In this document: piece after piece, positions 52,801-61,800 of the stretch
How the letters are laid out: every line of letters begins with the position of its first letter
How positions within the stretch are numbered: the stretch's first letter is position 1
Assembly (NCBI GenBank): GCA_965644295.1
Contig: CBFFRP010000578.1
Span: 7,747 to 71,746, forward strand
Direction of reading: 5' to 3'
Source: Paraphysomonas bandaiensis
Lineage: Eukaryota > Protista > Chrysophyceae
Length of the DNA: 64,000 nt
Made by a program: the position numbers and the translations under genes
The notes under the pieces: generated by a model
The model's database searches: none
What the model was told of the DNA's origin: nothing
What the model saw: only the letters and a program-made list of their open reading frames with translations

Positions 52801-55800
52801 GACGGAAATGCCAATAGAGCACTCGTACCAAATCCATCCTGCAGATATGGAGTGGGATCATCAGAACCAATGCCTCCATACGTCACACTAGGATCTCCAG
52901 CCAAAACCGTTATCTCAGAGTAGTGACTCACACCCATAGGTATCCGTAACAATAAATTCAAACCCAACGATACTGTCACATATATCATGCCATGGCTCTC
53001 CACAGCTGCTACCCCAAATATATACACATTATTAGGCCAAGAATTAGCTGTCTTGAACGCAGTTAATGCTGTGTACTCATTACGAACATATGCTGATATC
53101 GAGGTGGAACTCGTGTCTCGAGTAAGGTTAAACAGCTTCGTCCGATCAGTCACATATAGATACGATCCAGCCTTATCAACATCCATACCAGGAAAGCGAC
53201 CTCCAGTGCTCAGGCCATCAGATTTGGTGAACACGAATCTATCTCCAGCACTATTCGATACCGTGTATACATATCGTGTGGCGAAGTCAAGTATACGAAC
53301 AAGTCTTTCTTCGTCACCACAAGCGAATAGGATGTCGGAGTCCTCGTCGTATTTCATTTTACCTACATTTCCAAAAGTTGCTCCACTAGAAAACAACCCA
53401 TCGTTACTGTCACCAGTCGATCCACCTGCCACAGTCAAAACTGTACGGGGTTCAGTTGGATCATAAGACTCAACACTAGAACCTACAATAAATATGACAG
53501 CACTTCCATTGGTTACAAATACACCAGAGCTGTCCAAATACATTCCAGACTCCACCCCGACAACACTCCCAACAACAGAGAAAGTTGAAACATTAGAAAA
53601 TCTGTAATCTACAGAAGGCATCGACGTTGGCACACTGGACGGGAAAGATGATGGCATGTGGGAAGGTTTGACACTTGGGAGGTGTGTAGGGGACAACGAT
53701 GGAAAATATGTGGGCACTCGAGAAGGGAAGTAGGACGGTGAAACGGTAGGACGACAAGTGGGAGGCTTCGATATCTGCGATGGGATTGAACCCACGACAG
53801 TATAAACAACGCGAATAGCATCATTTAGAAAATCCGTCACAAAGAGAACAGGACGATTCAGGTGTGAATAAGCGTAAGATATAGTCAATGGATAGGAAAA
53901 CTCCGCTACACCACCCCACCCATCACGATACCCTCCAGCAGTAGTATATACGTCACTGCCATTACGATCCTGTGAAAAGTCATAGCCAGCATACGTACTC
54001 ACGTAACCCGAATACACCGAATACTTACGTACAGTCATCGAACCTACATTGAAATCATCGAATTCACTTCCAAACTCAGAAAAACTTTCAGTGAAATACA
54101 AAGAATCATCCACGGGATCATACGTAATGCTAGACGGAAATGCCAATAGGGCACTCGTACCAAATCCATCCTGCAGATATGGAGTGGGATCATCAGAACC
54201 AATGCCTCCATACGTCACACTAGGATCTCCAGCCAAAACCGTTATCTCAGAGTAGTGACTCACACCCATAGGTATCCGTAACAATAAATTCAAACCCAAC
54301 GATACTGTCACATATATCATGCCATGGCTCTCCACAGCTGCTACCCCAAATATATACACATTATTAGGCCAAGAATTAGCTGTCTTGAACGCAGTTAATG
54401 CTGTGTACTCATTACGAACATATGCTGATATCGAGGTGGAACTCGTGTCTCGAGTAAGGTTAAACAGCTTCGTCCGATCAGTCACATATAGATACGATCC
54501 GGCCTTATCAACATCCATACCAGGAAAGCGACCTCCAGTGCTCAGGCCATCAGATTTGGTGAACACGAATCTATCTCCAGCACTATTCGATACCGTGTGT
54601 ACATATCGTGTGGCGAAGTCAAGTATACGAACAAGTCTTTCTTCGTCACCACAGGCGAATAGGATGTCGGAGTCCTCGTCGTATTTCATTTTACCTACAT
54701 TTCCAAAAGTTGCTCCACTAGAAAACAACCCATCGTTACTGTCACCAGTCGATCCACCTGCCACAGTCAAAACTGTACGGGGTTCAGTTGGATCATAAGA
54801 CTCAACACTAGAACCTACAATAAATATGACAGCACTTCCATTGGTTACAAATACACCAGAGCTGTCCAAATACATTCCAGACTCCACCCCAACAACACTC
54901 CCAACAACAGAGAAAGTTGAAACATTAGAGAATCTGTGATCAACAGAAGGAGCAAAAGTAGGCGCTGTCGGGGAAACAGAGGGTGGATGCGTTGGAGCCT
55001 CAGTTGGCAAAATGGTGGGTGTTGACGTTGGAAGAGATGTCGGTAGTGCTGTTGGGGACACGGTCGGAGAGAACGACGGGGCAGATGTCGGAACCGACGT
55101 AGGAGATCTCGTTGGAGAAAGAGTAGGATCCACTGTCGGTGCGTAAGTAGGAACAGAGCTAGGTATTGTACTTGGGGCCGACGTTGGAGTAAACGTAGGA
55201 CTCGATGTAGGATGTGACGTAGGATCTCTAGTAGGAATCATTGTCGGGGTACTACTCGGTAACGCTGTAGGAGAACGAGTAGGAGTCGAGCTTGGGGATG
55301 ACGTCGGATGCACTGTAGGAACCCTCGTTGGACGAGATGTTGGAGAATGTGTAGGGGAATTCGTTTCTCCATCAACAGTCGGGCGTGATGTCACTGGCGC
55401 CAAACTTGGCTCGCCACTAGGAACACAACTAGGGGCTCCACTGGGGGCAACGGTGGGAACAGATGTCGGTAGTGCTGTTGGGGACACGGTCGGAGAGAAC
55501 GACGGGGCAGATGTCGGAACCGACGTAGGAGATCTCGTTGGAGAAAGAGTAGGATCCATTGTCGGTGCGTAAGTAGGAACAGAGCTAGGTGTTGTACTTG
55601 GGGCCGACGTTGGAGTAAACGTAGGACTCGATGTAGGATGTGACGTAGGATCTCTAGTAGGACTCATTGTCGGGGTACTACTCGGTAACGCTGTAGGAGA
55701 ACGAGTAGGAGTCGAGCTTGGGGATGACGTCGGATGCACTGTTGGAACCCTCGTTGGACGAGACGTTGGAGAATGTGTAGGGGAATTCGATTCTCCATCA

Positions 55801-58800
55801 ACAGTCGGGCGTGATGTCACTGGCGCCAAACTTGGCTCGCCACTAGGAACACAACTAGGGGCACCACTGGGGGCAACGGTGGGAACAGATGTCGGTAGTG
55901 CTGTTGGGGACACGGTCGGAGAGAACGACGGGGCAGATGTCGGAACCGACGTAGGAGATCTCGTTGGAGAAAGAGTAGGATCCACTGTCGGTGCGTAAGT
56001 AGGAACAGAGCTAGGTGTTGCACTTGGGGCCGACGTTGGAGTAAACGTAGGACTCGATGTAGGATGTGACGTAGGATCTCTAGTAGGACTCATTGTCGGG
56101 GTACTACTCGGTAACGCTGTAGGAGAACGAGTAGGAGTCGAGCTTGGGGATGACGTCGGATGCACTGTTGGAACCCTCGTTGGACGAGACGTTGGAGAAT
56201 GTGTAGGGGAATTCGATTCTCCATCAACAGTCGGGCGTGATGTCACTGGCGCCAAACTTGGCTCGCCACTAGGAACACAACTAGGGGCACCACTGGGGGC
56301 AACGGTGGGAACAGATGTCGGTAGTGCTGTTGGGGACACGGTCGGAGAGAACGACGGGGCAGATGTCGGAACCGACGTAGGAGATCTCGTTGGAGAAAGA
56401 GTAGGATCCACTGTCGGTGCGTAAGTAGGAACAGAGCTAGGTGTTGCACTTGGGGCCGACGTTGGAGTAAACGTAGGACTCGATGTAGGATGTGACGTAG
56501 GATCTCTAGTAGGACTCATTGTCGGGGTACTACTCGGTAACGCTGTAGGAGAACGAGTAGGAGTCGAGCTTGGGGATGACGTCGGATGCACTGTAGGAAC
56601 CCTCGTTGGACGAGATGTTGGAGAATGTGTAGGGGAATTCGTTTCTCCATCAACAGTCGGGCGTGATGTCACTGGCGCCAAACTTGGCTCGCCACTAGGA
56701 ACACAACTAGGGGCTCCACTGGGGGCAACGGTGGGAACAGATGTCGGTAGTGCTGTTGGGGACACGGTCGGAGAGAACGACGGGGCAGATGTCGGAACCG
56801 ACGTAGGAGATCTCGTTGGAGAAAGAGTAGGATCCATTGTCGGTGCGTAAGTAGGAACAGAGCTAGGTGTTGCACTTGGGGCCGACGTTGGAGTAAACGT
56901 AGGACTCGATGTAGGATGTGACGTAGGATCTCTAGTAGGAATCATTGTCGGGGTACTACTCGGTAACGCTGTAGGAGAACGAGTAGGAGTCGAGCTTGGG
57001 GATGACGTCGGATGCACTGTTGGAACCCTCGTTGGACGAGACGTTGGAGAATGTGTAGGGGAATTCGATTCTCCATCAACAGTCGGGCGTGATGTCACTG
57101 GCGCCAAACTTGGCTCGCCACTAGGAACACAACTAGGGGCACCACTGGGGGCAACGGTGGGAACAGATGTCGGTAGTGCTGTTGGGGACACGGTCGGAGA
57201 GAACGACGGGGCAGATGTCGGAACCGACGTAGGAGATCTCGTTGGAGAAAGAGTAGGATCCACTGTCGGTGCGTAAGTAGGAACAGAGCTAGGTGTTGCA
57301 CTTGGGGCCGACGTTGGAGTAAACGTAGGACTCGATGTAGGATGTGACGTAGGATCTCTAGTAGGACTCATTGTCGGGGTACTACTCGGTAACGCTGTAG
57401 GAGAACGAGTAGGAGTCGAGCGAGTCGAGCTTGGGGATGACGTCGGATGCACTGTTGGAACCCTCGTTGGACGAGACGTTGGAGAATGTGTAGGGGAATT
57501 CGATTCTCCATCAACAGTCGGGCGTGATGTCACTGGCGCCAAACTTGGCTCGCCACTAGGAACACAACTAGGGGCACCACTGGGGGCAACGGTGGGAACA
57601 GATGTCGGTAGTGCTGTTGGGGACACGGTCGGAGAGAACGACGGGGCAGATGTCGGAACCGACGTAGGAGATCTCGTTGGAGAAAGAGTAGGATCCACTG
57701 TCGGTGCGTAAGTAGGAACAGAGCTAGGTGTTGCACTTGGGGCCGACGTTGGAGTAAACGTAGGACTCGATGTAGGATGTGACGTAGGATCTCTAGTAGG
57801 AATCATTGTCGGGGTACTACTCGGTAACGCTGTAGGAGAACGAGTAGGAGTCGAGCTTGGGGATGACGTCGGATGCACTGTTGGAACCCTCGTTGGACGA
57901 GACGTTGGAGAATGTGTAGGGGAATTCGATTCTCCATCAACAGTCGGGCGTGATGTCACTGGCGCCAAACTTGGCTCGCCACTAGGAACACAACTAGGGG
58001 CACCACTGGGGGCAACGGTGGGAACAGATGTCGGTAGTGCTGTTGGGGACACGGTCGGAGAGAACGACGGGGCAGATGTCGGAACCGACGTAGGAGATCT
58101 CGTTGGAGAAAGAGTAGGATCCACTGTCGGTGCGTAAGTAGGAACAGAGCTAGGTGTTGCACTTGGGGCCGACGTTGGAGTAAACGTAGGACTCGATGTA
58201 GGATGTGACGTAGGATCTCTAGTAGGAATCATTGTCGGGGTACTACTCGGTAACGCTGTAGGAGAACGAGTAGGAGTCGAGCTTGGGGATGACGTCGGAT
58301 GCACTGTTGGAACCCTCGTTGGACGAGACGTTGGAGAGTGTGTAGGGGAATTCGTTTCTCCATCAACAGTCGGGCGTGATGTCACTGGCGCCAAACTTGG
58401 CTCGCCACTAGGAACACAACTAGGGGCACCACTGGGGGCAACGGTGGGAACAGATGTCGGTAGTGCTGTTGGGGACACGGTCGGAGAGAACGACGGGGCA
58501 GATGTCGGAACCGACGTAGGAGGTCTCGTTGGAGAAAGAGTAGGATCCATTGTCGGTGCGTAAGTAGGAACAGAGCTAGGTGTTGCACTTGGGGCCGACG
58601 TTGGAGTAAACGTAGGACTCGATGTAGGATGTGACGTAGGATCTCTAGTAGGACTCATTGTCGGGGTACTACTCGGTAACGCTGTAGGAGAACGAGTAGG
58701 AGTCGAGCTTGGGGATGACGTCGGATGCACTGTTGGAACCCTCGTTGGACGAGATGTTGGAGAGTGTGTAGGGGAATTCGTTTCTCCATCAACAGTCGGG

Positions 58801-61800
58801 CGTGATGTCACTGGCGCCAAACTTGGCTCGCCACTAGGAACACAACTAGGGGCACCACTGGGGGCAACGGTGGGAACAGATGTCGGTAGTGCTGTTGGGG
58901 ACACGGTCGGAGAGAACGACGGGGCAGATGTCGGAACCGACGTAGGAGATCTCGTTGGAGAAAGAGTAGGATCCATTGTCGGTGCGTAAGTAGGAATAGA
59001 GCTAGGTGTTGCACTTGGGGCCGACGTTGGAGTAAACGTAGGACTCGATGTAGGATGTGACGTAGGATCTCTAGTAGGAATCATTGTCGGGGTACTACTC
59101 GGTAACGCTGTAGGAGAACGAGTAGGAGTCGAGCTTGGGGATGACGTCGGTTGCACTGTAGGAACCCTCGTTGGACGAGATGTTGGAGAATGTGTAGGGG
59201 AATTCGTTTCTCCATCAACAGTCGGGCGTGATGTCACTGGCGCCAAACTTGGCTCGCCACTAGGAACACAACTAGGGGCTCCACTGGGGGCAACGGTGGG
59301 AACAGATGTCGGTAGTGCTGTTGGGGACACGGTCGGAGAGAACGACGGGGCAGATGTCGGAACCGACGTAGGAGATCTCGTTGGAGAAAGAGTAGGATCC
59401 ACTGTCGGTGCGTAAGTAGGAACAGAGCTAGGTGTTGCACTTGGGGCCGACGTTGGAGTAAACGTAGGACTCGATGTAGGATGTGACGTAGGATCTCTAG
59501 TAGGAATCATTGTCGGGGTACTACTCGGTAACGCTGTAGGAGAACGAGTAGGAGTCGAGCTTGGGGATGACGTCGGTTGCACTGTAGGAACCCTCGTTGG
59601 ACGAGATGTTGGAGAATGTGTAGGGGAATTCGATTCTCCATCAACAGTCGGGCGTGATGTCACTGGCGCCAAACTTGGCTCGCCACTAGGAACACAACTA
59701 GGGGCTCCACTGGGGGCAACGGTGGGAACAGATGTCGGTAGTGCTGTTGGGGACACGGTCGGAGAGAACGACGGGGCAGATGTCGGAACCGACGTAGGAG
59801 ATCTCGTTGGAGAAAGAGTAGGATCCATTGTCGGTGCGTAAGTAGGAATAGAGCTAGGTGTTGCACTTGGGGCCGACGTTGGAGTAAACGTAGGACTCGA
59901 TGTAGGATGTGACGTAGGATCTCTAGTAGGACTCATTGTCGGGGTACTACTCGGTAACGCTGTAGGAGAACGAGTAGGAGTCGAGCTTGGGGATGACGTC
60001 GGATGCACTGTTGGAACCCTCGTTGGACGAGACGTTGGAGAATGTGTAGGGGAATTCGTTTCTCCATCAACAGTCGGCCGTGATGTCACTGGCGCCAAAC
60101 TTGGCTCGCCACTAGGAACACAACTAGGGGCTCCACTGGGGGCAACGGTGGGAACAGATGTCGGTAGTGCTGTTGGGGACACGGTCGGAGAGAACGACGG
60201 GGCAGATGTCGGAACCGACGTAGGAGATCTCGTTGGAGAAAGAGTAGGATCCATTGTCGGTGCGTAAGTAGGAATAGAGCTAGGTGTTGCACTTGGGGCC
60301 GACGTTGGAGTAAACGTAGGACTCGATGTAGGATGTGACGTAGGATCTCTAGTAGGACTCATTGTCGGGGTACTACTCGGTAACGCTGTAGGAGAACGAG
60401 TAGGAGTCGAGCTTGGGGATGACGTCGGATGCACTGTTGGAACCCTCGTTGGACGAGACGTTGGAGAGTGTGTAGGGGAATTCGTTTCTCCATCAACAGT
60501 CGGGCGTGATGTCACTGGCGCCAAACTTGGCTCGCCACTAGGAACACAACTAGGGGCACCACTGGGGGCAACGGTGGGAACAGATGTCGGTAGTGCTGTT
60601 GGGGACACGGTCGGAGAGAACGACGGGGCAGATGTCGGAACCGACGTAGGAGATCTCGTTGGAGAAAGAGTAGGATCCACTGTCGGTGCGTAAGTAGGAA
60701 CAGAGCTAGGTGTTGCACTTGGGGCCGACGTTGGAGTAAACGTAGGACTCGATGTAGGATGTGACGTAGGATCTCTAGTAGGAATCATTGTCGGGGTACT
60801 ACTCGGTAACGCTGTAGGAGAACGAGTAGGAGTCGAGCTTGGGGATGACGTCGGATGCACTGTAGGAACCCTCGTTGGACGAGACGTTGGAGAGTGTGTA
60901 GGGGAATTCGTTTCTCCATCAACAGTTGGGCGTGATGTCACTGGCGCCAAACTTGGCTCGCAACTAGGAACACAACTAGGGGCTCCACTGGGGGCAACGG
61001 TGGGAACAGATGTCGGTAGTGCTGTTGGGGACACGGTCGGAGAGAACGACGGGGCAGATGTCGGAACCGACGTAGGAGATCTCGTTGGAGAAAGAGTAGG
61101 ATCCATTGTAGGTGCGTAAGTAGGAATAGAGCTAGGTGTTGCACTTGGGGCCGACGTTGGAGTAAACGTAGGACTCGATGTAGGATGTGACGTAGGATCT
61201 CTAGTAGGAATCATTGTCGGGGTACTACTCGGTAACGCTGTAGGAGAACGAGTAGGAGTCGAGCTTGGGGATGACGTCGGATGCACTGTAGGAACCCTCG
61301 TTGGACGAGACGTTGGAGAGTGTGTAGGGGAATTCGTTTCTCCATCAACAGTCGGGCGTGATGTCACTGGCGCCAAACTTGGCTCGCAACTAGGAACACA
61401 ACTAGGGGCTCCACTGGGGGCAACGGTGGGAACAGATGTCGGTAGTGCTGTTGGGGACACGGTCGGAGAGAACGACGGGGCAGATGTCGGAACCGACGTA
61501 GGAGATCTCGTTGGAGAAAGAGTAGGATCCATTGTCGGTGCGTAAGTAGGAACAGAGCTAGGTGTTGCACTTGGGGCCGACGTTGGAGTAAACGTAGGAC
61601 TCGATGTAGGATGTGACGTAGGATCTCTAGTAGGACTCATTGTCGGGGTACTACTCGGTAACGCTGTAGGAGAACGAGTAGGAGTCGAGCTTGGGGATGA
61701 CGTCGGATGCACTGTTGGAACCCTCGTTGGACGAGACGTTGGAGAGTGTGTAGGGGAATTCGTTTCTCCATCAACAGTCGGGCGTGATGTCACTGGCGCC

